A stretch of 7,413 nucleotides of DNA from IMG/VR virus record IMGVR_UViG_2654587569_000001. One strand, 5' to 3'. The notes under the pieces were generated by a model. That model did no database searches. It saw only the letters and a program-made list of their open reading frames with translations, and was not told the DNA's origin. This document shows positions 1-6,681 of the stretch, piece after piece (position 1 is the stretch's first letter; every line of letters starts with the position of its first letter). The position numbers and the translations under genes are program-made. This DNA comes from a virus. Lineage: Duplodnaviria; Heunggongvirae; Uroviricota; Caudoviricetes.

Positions 1-75
1 GGGAAAAAAGCGGCAGCGGACTTTATGCAACAGCAGGCCCGTGATGGTGGTCGGTTAAGTGGAGCATATCGGTAA
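1..75 (+). CDS. H: Tail tape measure protein gpH, extreme C-terminal end (5' part lies outside the window)
   Basis: Frame 1 is open from the window edge (GKKAAADFMQQQARDGGRLSGAYR) to TAA at 73..75, which overlaps the ATG of the next gene (TAATG, 73..77). The call rests on position immediately upstream of M in a lambda-like tail module; 24 codons is too short for independent recognition. Confidence 0.5.
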   Translation, partial: GKKAAADFMQQQARDGGRLSGAYR

Positions 76-404
76 TGGAGACGTTTCACTGGAAAGTGCG
101 CCCGGATATGAATGTGGTATCAGAGCCGAAAGTGGTGACAGTGAAGCTGGGCGATGGTTATGAACAGCGTCGTGCGGCGGGACTGAATAACCAGTTGTCG
201 ACTTACAGCGTGACGATACGTGTTCGTAAATGTGAACACCCATCTTTAAAAGCCTTTCTGGAACGGCACGGTGGCGTCCGCGCATTTCAGTGGACGCCAC
301 CTTATGACTGGAAGCCGATCAGGGTGGTTTGTCGTAAATGGTCGGCAAGCGTGGGGGCGTTGTGGGTAACCATAACGGCAGATTTTGAACAGGTCGTGGC
401 ATAG
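75..404 (+). CDS. M: Minor tail protein M (tail tip assembly), 109 aa
   Basis: Complete ORF ATG 75 to TAG 402..404. Same length and, from memory, very similar sequence to lambda gpM (METFHWKV...GDGY..TYSV....WTPPY.W......KWS.....FEQVV). Start overlaps the upstream stop (coupling) and the stop sits inside the RBS of L. Confidence 0.88.
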   Translation: METFHWKVRPDMNVVSEPKVVTVKLGDGYEQRRAAGLNNQLSTYSVTIRVRKCEHPSLKAFLERHGGVRAFQWTPPYDWKPIRVVCRKWSASVGALWVTITADFEQVVA

Positions 405-413
405 GAGGCTCTG

Positions 414-1112
414 ATGCAGGATATTCCACAGGAAACACATCATGAGACGACACGCCTCACTCAGTCAGCCCAGGTGGTGCTCTGGGAAATCGATCTGACA
501 GAGGTCGGTGGTGAACGTTATTTTTTCTGTAATGAGCAGAACGAAAAAGGTGAGCCGGTTACCTGGCAGGGGCGGCAGTATCAGGCATACCCCATTCAGG
601 GGACGGGATTTGAACTGAACGGCAAGGGCAGTGCTGCCCGTCCGACACTGACGGTTTCTAACCTGCACGGAATGGTCACCGGGATGGCGGAAGACCTGCA
701 GAGTCTGGTCGGCGGAACGGTGGTCAGGCGTAAGGTTTACGCCCGTTTTCTGGATGCGGTGAACTTCGTCAACGGAAACAGCGACGCCGATCCGGAGCAG
801 GAGGTGATCAGCCGCTGGCGCATCGAGCAGTGCAGCGAACTGAGCGCGGTCAGTGCCTCCTTTGTACTGTCCACACCGACGGAAACGGACGGCGCTGTTT
901 TTCCGGGGCGCATCATGCTGGCCAACACCTGCACCTGGACCTATCGCGGTGATGAGTGCGGTTATAACGGTCCGGCTGTCGCGGATGAATATGACCAGCC
1001 GACGTCCGATATCACGAAAGATAAATGCAGCAAATGCCTGAGTGGCTGTAAGTTTCGCAATAACGTCGGCAACTTTGGCGGCTTCCTTTCCATTAACAAA
1101 CTTTCGCAGTAA
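414..1112 (+). CDS. L: Tail tip protein L, 232 aa, with C-terminal cysteine cluster
   Basis: Complete ORF with strong Shine-Dalgarno AGGAGG at 403..408 and ATG at 414. The protein begins MQDI.QET and contains WEIDLTEVGGERYFFCNEQNEKGEPVTWQGRQYQ, which I recognise as lambda gpL, also 232 aa. C-terminal cysteines (CTWTYRGDECGY ... KCSKCLSGC, roughly 930..1052) fit the Fe-S cluster reported for the gpL family. Confidence 0.9.
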   Translation: MQDIPQETHHETTRLTQSAQVVLWEIDLTEVGGERYFFCNEQNEKGEPVTWQGRQYQAYPIQGTGFELNGKGSAARPTLTVSNLHGMVTGMAEDLQSLVGGTVVRRKVYARFLDAVNFVNGNSDADPEQEVISRWRIEQCSELSAVSASFVLSTPTETDGAVFPGRIMLANTCTWTYRGDECGYNGPAVADEYDQPTSDITKDKCSKCLSGCKFRNNVGNFGGFLSINKLSQ

Positions 1113-1117
1113 ATCCC

Positions 1118-1862
1118 ATGACACAGACAGAATCAGCGATTCTGGCGCACGCCCGGCGATGTGCGCCAGCGGAGTCGTGCGGCTTCGTGGTGAGAACGCC
1201 GGAAGGGGAAAGATATTTTCCCTGCGTGAATATCTCCGGTGAGCCGGAGGAGTATTTCCGGATGGCGCCGGAGGACTGGCTGCAGGCAGACACTGCACGG
1301 TCAGATTGTGGCGCTGGTCCACAGCCACCCCGGTGGTCTGCCCAGGCTGAGTGAAGCCGACCGGCGGCTGCAGGTGCAGAGTGATTTGCCGTGGTGGCTG
1401 GTCTGCCGGGGGGCGATTCACAAGTTCCGCTGTGTGCCGCATCTCACCGGGCGGCGCTTTGAGCACGGGGTGACGGACTGTTACACACTGTTCCGGGATG
1501 CTTACCATCTGGCGGGAATTGAGATGCCGGATTTTCATCGCGAGGATGACTGGTGGCGTCACGGTCAGAATCTCTATCTGGATAATCTGGAGGCAACAGG
1601 GCTGTATCAGGTGCCGTTGTCAGCGGCGCAGCCGGGCGATGTGCTGCTGTGCTGTTTTGGTTCATCGGTGCCGAATCATGCCGCCATTTACTGTGGTGAC
1701 GGCGAGCTGCTGCACCATATTCCTGAACAACTGAGCAAACGAGAGAGGTATACCGACAAATGGCAGCGACGCACACACTCCCTCTGGCGTCACCGGGCAT
1801 GGCACGCATCTGCCTTTACGGGGATTTGCAACGATTTGGCCGCCGCATCGACCTTCGTGTGA
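1118..1862 (+). pseudogene. K: Tail tip assembly protein K (JAB/MPN peptidase + NlpC/P60 domains), reading frame broken near 1287..1299: N-terminal 60 codons in ORF 1118..1354, remainder in ORF 1239..1862
   Basis: ORF 1118..1354 (frame 2) starts 6 nt after the L stop and encodes MTQTESAILAHARRCAPAESCGFVVRTPEGERYF...EDWLQAD, then reads into unrelated residues and stops. The frame-0 ORF 1239..1862 starts with GTG, has no nearby ATG or RBS, and from codon 1299 encodes GQIVALVHSHPGGLPRLSEAD (JAMM motif HxHx7Sx2D, 1320..1361), followed by an NlpC/P60-like Cys (DCYTLF, Cys codon 1479..1481) and His (NHAAIY). The two pieces make one K-like protein only if the frame switches by +1 between about 1287 and 1298. 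Whether this is a real mutation, a sequencing error or natural cannot be decided from sequence alone. Confidence 0.6.
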
Positions 1863-2407
1863 AAACGGGGGCCGAAGCCATCCGGGCGCTGGCCACACAG
1901 CTCCCGGCGTTTCGTCAGAAGCTGAATGACGGCTGGTATCAGGTGCGCATTGCCGGGCGTGATGCAGGTGAAACCGAATTATCTGCCCGTCTTAATGAGC
2001 CGCTGGCAAATGGTGCCGTGATCCATATCGTGCCGCGTCTGGCGGGAGCTAAAAGTGGCGGTGTATTTCAGGTGGTGCTGGGGGCGGCGTTGATTGCGGT
2101 GGCATGGTGGAACCCTGTGGGCTGGCTGGGTGCCGCGGCTGTATCGGGCATGTATGCGGCAGGGGCCAGTATGATCCTGGGCGGTGTGGCGCAGATGCTG
2201 GCACCGAAAGCCAGGACGCCCACGGCAGCCAGTACAGATAACGGCAAACAGAACACCTATTTCTCCTCACTGGATAACATGGTTGCTCAGGGCAATGTTT
2301 TGCCTGTTCTGTACGGTGAAATGCGTGTGGGGTCGCGGGTGGTTTCTCAGGAGATCAGCACGGCAGACGAAGGGGACGGTGGTCAGGTTGTGGTGATTGG
2401 TCGCTGA
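1760..2407 (+). CDS. I: Tail assembly protein I, 215 aa (N-terminal ubiquitin-like domain ending in Gly-Gly, then a hydrophobic segment and conserved C-terminus)
   Basis: Complete ORF ATG 1760 to TGA 2405..2407. It begins MAATHTLPLASPGMARICLYGDLQRFGRRIDLRVKTGAEAIRALATQLPAFRQKL and ends NGKQNTYFSSLDNMVAQGNVLPVLYGEMRVGSRVVSQEISTADEGDGGQVVVIGR, which I recognise as lambda gpI (223 aa in lambda, from memory). Its first 103 nt overlap the end of the K frame-0 ORF in a different frame, as in lambda. Confidence 0.85.
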   Translation: MAATHTLPLASPGMARICLYGDLQRFGRRIDLRVKTGAEAIRALATQLPAFRQKLNDGWYQVRIAGRDAGETELSARLNEPLANGAVIHIVPRLAGAKSGGVFQVVLGAALIAVAWWNPVGWLGAAAVSGMYAAGASMILGGVAQMLAPKARTPTAASTDNGKQNTYFSSLDNMVAQGNVLPVLYGEMRVGSRVVSQEISTADEGDGGQVVVIGR

Positions 2408-2425
2408 TGCAAAATGTTTTATGTG

Positions 2426-2453
2426 AAACCGCCTGCGGGCGGTTTTGTCGTTT
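2426..2453 (+). terminator. Candidate hairpin with T-rich tail in the I-J intergenic gap (possible partial terminator or RNA-stability element)
   Basis: Perfect 8-bp inverted repeat AAACCGCC (2426..2433) / GGCGGTTT (2438..2445) with 4-nt loop TGCG, followed by TGTCGTTT (2446..2453). The U-tract is interrupted, so termination efficiency is uncertain. It lies between the I stop (2407) and the J start (2468). Confidence 0.3.
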
Positions 2454-2467
2454 ATGGAGCGTGAGGA

Positions 2468-5400
2468 ATGGGTAAAGGCAGCAGTAAGGGGCATACCCCG
2501 CGCGAAGCGAAGGACAACCTGAAGTCCACGCAGTTGCTGAGTGTGATTGATGCCATCAGCGAAGGGCCGATTGAAGGTCCGGTGGATGGCTTAAAAAGCG
2601 TGCTGCTGAACAGTACGCCGGTGCTGGACAGTGAGGGGAATACCAACATCTCCGGTGTCACGGTGGTGTTCCGGGCAGGTGAGCAGGAGCAGACTCCGCC
2701 GGAGGGGTTTGAATCCTCCGGCTCCGAGACGGTGCTGGGTACGGAAGTGAAATATGACACGCCGATCACCCGCACCATCACGTCGGCAAACATCGACCGT
2801 CTGCGCTTTACCTTCGGTGTACAGGCACTGGTGGAAACCACCTCAAAGGGAGACAGGAATCCGTCGGAAGTTCGCCTGCTGGTTCAGATACAGCGTAACG
2901 GTGGCTGGGTGACGGAAAAAGACATCACCATTAAGGGCAAAACCACCTCGCAGTATCTGGCCTCGGTGGTGGTGGATAACCTGCCGCCGCGCCCGTTTAA
3001 TATCCGGATGCGCAGGATGACGCCGGACAGCACCACAGACCAGCTGCAGAACAAAACGCTCTGGTCGTCATACACCGAAATCATCGATGTGAAACAGTGC
3101 TACCCGAACACGGCACTGGTCGGCGTGCAGGTGGACTCGGAGCAGTTCGGCAGCCAGCAGGTGAGCCGTAATTATCATCTGCGCGGGCGCATTCTGCAGG
3201 TGCCGTCGAACTATAACCCGCAGACGCGACAATACAGCGGTATCTGGGACGGAACGTTTAAACCAGCATACAGCAACAACATGGCCTGGTGTCTGTGGGA
3301 TATGCTGACCCACCCGCGCTACGGCATGGGGAAACGTCTTGGTGCGGCGGATGTGGATAAATGGGCGCTGTATGTCATCGGCCAGAATTGCGACCAGTCA
3401 GTGCCGGACGGCTTTGGCGGCACGGAGCCGCGCATCACCTGTAATGCGTACCTGACCACACAGCGCAAGGCGTGGGATGTGCTCAGTGATTTCTGCTCGG
3501 CGATGCGCTGTATGCCGGTATGGAACGGGCAGACGCTGACGTTCGTGCAGGACCGACCATCAGATAAGGTGTGGACCTATAACCGCAGTAATGTGGTGAT
3601 GCCGGATGATGGCGCGCCGTTCCGCTACAGCTTCAGCGCCCTGAAGGACCGCCATAATGCCGTTGAGGTGAACTGGATTGACCCGGATAACGGCTGGGAG
3701 ACGGCGACAGAGCTTGTTGAAGATACGCAGGCCATTGCCCGTTACGGTCGTAATGTCACGAAGATGGATGCCTTTGGCTGTACCAGCCGGGGGCAGGCAC
3801 ACCGCGCCGGGCTGTGGCTGATTAAAACAGAACTGCTGGAAACGCAGACCGTGGACTTCAGCGTCGGCGCAGAAGGGCTTCGCCATGTACCGGGCGATGT
3901 TATTGAAATCTGCGATGATGACTATGCCGGTATCAGCACCGGTGGTCGCGTGCTGGCGGTGAACAGCCAGACCCGGACGCTGACGCTCGACCGTGAAATC
4001 ACGCTGCCATCCTCCGGCACCACGCTGATAAGCCTGGTTGACGGGCAGGGTAATCCGGTGAGCGTGGAGGTCCAGTCCGTCACCGACGGCGTGAAGGTGA
4101 AAGTGAGCCGTGTTCCTGACGGCGTTGCTGAATACAGCGTGTGGGGGCTGAAGTTGCCGACGCTGCGCCAGCGCCTGTTCCGCTGCGTGAGTATCCGTGA
4201 GAACGACGACGGCACGTATGCCATCACTGCCGTGCAGCATGTACCGGAAAAAGAAGCCATCGTGGATAACGGGGCGCACTTTGACGGTGACCAGAGCAGC
4301 ACGGTGAATGGTGTCACGCCGCCAGCAGTGCAGCACCTGACCGCCGAAGTCACCGCAGACAGCGGGGAATATCAGGTGCTGGCGCGCTGGGACACGCCGA
4401 AGGTGGTGAAGGGCGTGAGCTTCCTTCTTCGCCTGACCGTGGCAGCGGATGACGGCAGTGAGCGGCTGGTCAGCACGGCCCGGACGACGGAAACCACATA
4501 CCGCTTCAGGCAACTGGCGCTGGGGCGTTACACGCTGACAGTCCGGGCGGTAAATGCGTGGGGGCAGCAGGGCGATCCGGCGTCGGTATCGTTCCGGATT
4601 GCCGCACCGGCAGCGCCTGTCACTATTGAACTGATACCGGGGTATTTTCAGATAACAGCGGTCCCGAAACTGGCTGTATATGACCCGACGGTGCAGTTTG
4701 AGTTCTGGTTCTCGGAAAAGCGGATTGCGGATATCAGGCAGGTTGAAACCACAGCCCGCTATCTTGGCACGGCGCTGTACTGGATAGCTGCCAGTATCAA
4801 TATCAAGCCGGACCATGATTATTATTTTTACATCCGCAGTGTGAACACCGTTGGCAAATCGGCATTTGTGGAGGCTGTTGGCCAGCCGAGTGATGATGCA
4901 TCCGGCTATCTGGATTTTTTCAAAGGAGAGATAGGGAAAACCCATCTGGCTCAGGAGTTGTGGACGCAGATTGATAACGGTCAGCTTGCGCCTGACCTGG
5001 CTGAAATCAGGACGTCCATTACGGATGTCAGCAATGAAATCACACAGACCGTCAATAAGAAACTGGAAGACCAGAGTGCAGCGATCCAGCAGATACAGAA
5101 GGTTCAGGTTGATACAAATAATAACCTGAACAGCATGTGGGCTGTGAAGCTGCAGCAGATGCAGGACGGACGCCTTTATATCGCGGGTATTGGTGCCGGT
5201 ATTGAAAACACCCCTGACGGCATGCAGAGTCAGGTGCTGCTGGCGGCAGACAGGATTGCGATGATTAATCCTGCGAATGGCAACACAAAGCCGATGTTTG
5301 TTGGGCAGGGCGATCAGATATACATGAATGAAGTGTTCCTGAAATATCTGACGGCTCCCACCATTACCAGCGGCGGTAATCCTCCGGCATTTTCCCTGAC

Positions 5401-5950
5401 ACCGGACGGGCGACTGACGGCGAAAAATGCGGATATCAGTGGCAGTGTGAATGCGAACTCCGGGACGCTCAATAACGTCACGATAAATGAGAACTGTCAG
5501 ATTAAGGGGAAACTGTCCGCCAACCAGATTGAAGGCGATATTGTCAAAACGGTCAGCAAGTCTTTCCCCCGCACGAGCACTTATGCCAGCGGCACCATTA
5601 CGGTCACGATTAGTGATGATCAGAAGTTTGACCGACAGGTCATGATCCCGGCTCTGCTGTTTAAAGGAAGCAGGAAGGAAAATTATGGCAGTAATAATCA
5701 ACAGTCTTATGTTTATTCTGTATGCCGTTTGCAGGTAACGAAAAACGGGACAGAAATTTTTAATCAGTCAACAACGGATGCTCCGGCGGTTTTTTCTTCC
5801 GTTATTGATATGCCTGCGGGGCAGGGAACGTTGACGTTAAAGTTTACGGTCTCTTCTTCAATGGTCAATAACTGGACACCGACAACCAGTATCAGCGATT
5901 TGCTTGTTGTGGTGATGAAGAAATCCACCGCAGGTATCACGATTAGCTGA
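2468..5950 (+). CDS. J: Host specificity protein J / central tail fibre (tip attachment protein), 1160 aa
   Basis: Complete 3483-nt ORF with GGAG/GAGG upstream of ATG 2468. The N-terminus [54 protein letters not shown] matches lambda gpJ as I recall it. An internal fibronectin-III-like segment is present (about 4290..4570, ...[27 protein letters not shown]). It is longer than lambda J (1132 aa, from memory) and the last ~300 nt are conspicuously AT-rich. Confidence 0.93.
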   Translation: MGKGSSKGHTPREAKDNLKSTQLLSVIDAISEGPIEGPVDGLKSVLLNSTPVLDSEGNTNISGVTVVFRAGEQEQTPPEGFESSGSETVLGTEVKYDTPITRTITSANIDRLRFTFGVQALVETTSKGDRNPSEVRLLVQIQRNGGWVTEKDITIKGKTTSQYLASVVVDNLPPRPFNIRMRRMTPDSTTDQLQNKTLWSSYTEIIDVKQCYPNTALVGVQVDSEQFGSQQVSRNYHLRGRILQVPSNYNPQTRQYSGIWDGTFKPAYSNNMAWCLWDMLTHPRYGMGKRLGAADVDKWALYVIGQNCDQSVPDGFGGTEPRITCNAYLTTQRKAWDVLSDFCSAMRCMPVWNGQTLTFVQDRPSDKVWTYNRSNVVMPDDGAPFRYSFSALKDRHNAVEVNWIDPDNGWETATELVEDTQAIARYGRNVTKMDAFGCTSRGQAHRAGLWLIKTELLETQTVDFSVGAEGLRHVPGDVIEICDDDYAGISTGGRVLAVNSQTRTLTLDREITLPSSGTTLISLVDGQGNPVSVEVQSVTDGVKVKVSRVPDGVAEYSVWGLKLPTLRQRLFRCVSIRENDDGTYAITAVQHVPEKEAIVDNGAHFDGDQSSTVNGVTPPAVQHLTAEVTADSGEYQVLARWDTPKVVKGVSFLLRLTVAADDGSERLVSTARTTETTYRFRQLALGRYTLTVRAVNAWGQQGDPASVSFRIAAPAAPVTIELIPGYFQITAVPKLAVYDPTVQFEFWFSEKRIADIRQVETTARYLGTALYWIAASINIKPDHDYYFYIRSVNTVGKSAFVEAVGQPSDDASGYLDFFKGEIGKTHLAQELWTQIDNGQLAPDLAEIRTSITDVSNEITQTVNKKLEDQSAAIQQIQKVQVDTNNNLNSMWAVKLQQMQDGRLYIAGIGAGIENTPDGMQSQVLLAADRIAMINPANGNTKPMFVGQGDQIYMNEVFLKYLTAPTITSGGNPPAFSLTPDGRLTAKNADISGSVNANSGTLNNVTINENCQIKGKLSANQIEGDIVKTVSKSFPRTSTYASGTITVTISDDQKFDRQVMIPALLFKGSRKENYGSNNQQSYVYSVCRLQVTKNGTEIFNQSTTDAPAVFSSVIDMPAGQGTLTLKFTVSSSMVNNWTPTTSISDLLVVVMKKSTAGITIS

Positions 5951-6017
5951 ATTTTATAACCCAGATACGGGCGCCAGAAATGACGCCTTTTTTATTGCAG
6001 AAAAGCGAGAGGTAATT

Positions 6018-6617
6018 ATGCGTAAAGTTTGTGCAGCAATTTTGTCCGCAGCCATCTGTCTGGCCGTATCCGGCGCGCCTGCATGGGCGTCTGAACAGCA
6101 GGCCACGCTGAGCGCGGGGTATCTTCATGCCCGGACGAACGCTCCCGGCAGCGATAATCTTAACGGGATTAACGTGAAATACCGTTATGAATTTACGGAC
6201 ACGCTGGGGCTGGTGACGTCATTCAGCTATGCAAAAGACAAAAATCACCAAAAAACCCATTACAGCGATACCCGCTGGCATGAAGATTCAGTGCGTAACC
6301 GCTGGTTCAGCGTGATGGCGGGGCCGTCTGTGCGCGTGAATGAATGGTTCAGCGCGTATGCGATGGCGGGTATGGCTTACAGCCGTGTTTCGACTTTCTC
6401 CGGAGATTATATCCGCGTAACTGACAACAAGGGGAAAAAGCACGATGTGCTGACCGGAAGTGATGACGGTCGCCACAGCAACACGTCTCTGGCGTGGGGG
6501 GCTGGCGTGCAGTTTAACCCGACCGAATCCGTGGCCATTGATGTCGCTTATGAAGGCTCCGGCAGTGGTGACTGGCGCACTGACGGTTTCATCGTGGGTG
6601 TCGGTTATAAGTTCTGA
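6018..6617 (+). CDS. lom: Outer membrane protein Lom (Ail/Lom/PagC/OmpX family beta-barrel), 199 aa; lysogenic-conversion moron
   Basis: Complete ORF with RBS GAGAGG 6007..6012 and ATG 6018. N-terminal Sec signal peptide [24 protein letters not shown] with AxA cleavage site. Motifs [22 protein letters not shown] and the C-terminus [23 protein letters not shown] (terminal aromatic residue typical of OMP barrels) match lambda Lom as I recall it. Located between J and stf exactly as in lambda. Confidence 0.9.
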   Translation: MRKVCAAILSAAICLAVSGAPAWASEQQATLSAGYLHARTNAPGSDNLNGINVKYRYEFTDTLGLVTSFSYAKDKNHQKTHYSDTRWHEDSVRNRWFSVMAGPSVRVNEWFSAYAMAGMAYSRVSTFSGDYIRVTDNKGKKHDVLTGSDDGRHSNTSLAWGAGVQFNPTESVAIDVAYEGSGSGDWRTDGFIVGVGYKF

Positions 6618-6643
6618 TTAGCCAGGTAACACAGTGTTATGAC

Positions 6644-6670
6644 AGCCCGCCGGTTCAGGCGGGCTTTTTT
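6644..6670 (+). terminator. Rho-independent terminator downstream of lom
   Basis: 8-bp GC-rich stem AGCCCGCC (6644..6651) / GGCGGGCT (6658..6665) with 6-nt loop GGTTCA, followed immediately by a run of six T (6665..6670). It lies 27 nt after the lom stop and 12 nt before the stf start. Confidence 0.75.
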
Positions 6671-6681
6671 GTGGGGTGAAT

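Noticed and set aside
1286-1300. Possibility that the K frame break is a programmed ribosomal frameshift site
   Set aside because: There is no slippery heptamer or downstream stimulatory structure at this position (sequence CAGGCAGACACTGCACGG), and I know of no precedent for programmed frameshifting in K. The known lambda tail frameshift (G/GT) lies upstream of H, outside this window. A mutation or sequencing error is the more economical explanation.
465-1562. 365-aa ORF on the minus strand overlapping L and K
   Set aside because: Antisense to the conserved L and K coding frames. The translation is Pro/Arg-rich and low-complexity, with no start signals. It is a compositional artefact.
1444-2494. 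Several short ORFs on both strands inside K, I and the start of J (for example 1444..1809 -, 1498..1734 +, 1662..1898 -, 2049..2270 -, 2184..2396 +, 2267..2494 -)
   Set aside because: All are embedded in, or antisense to, well-supported genes and have no independent start signals or recognisable products.
3560-5701. 713-aa ORF on the minus strand, entirely inside J
   Set aside because: It is antisense to a strongly supported coding frame. The translation is Arg/Ala/Gly/Cys-rich low-complexity sequence with no recognisable domain, start context or RBS. Long antisense ORFs of this kind are expected opposite GC-rich genes with third-position GC bias.
5951-5993. Candidate lom promoter (-10-like TATAAC at 5955..5960) and weak hairpin with T-run after the J stop
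   Set aside because: No acceptable -35 element at the right spacing, and the stem is only 4 to 5 bp. Too weak to call as features; mentioned only as context in the lom finding.
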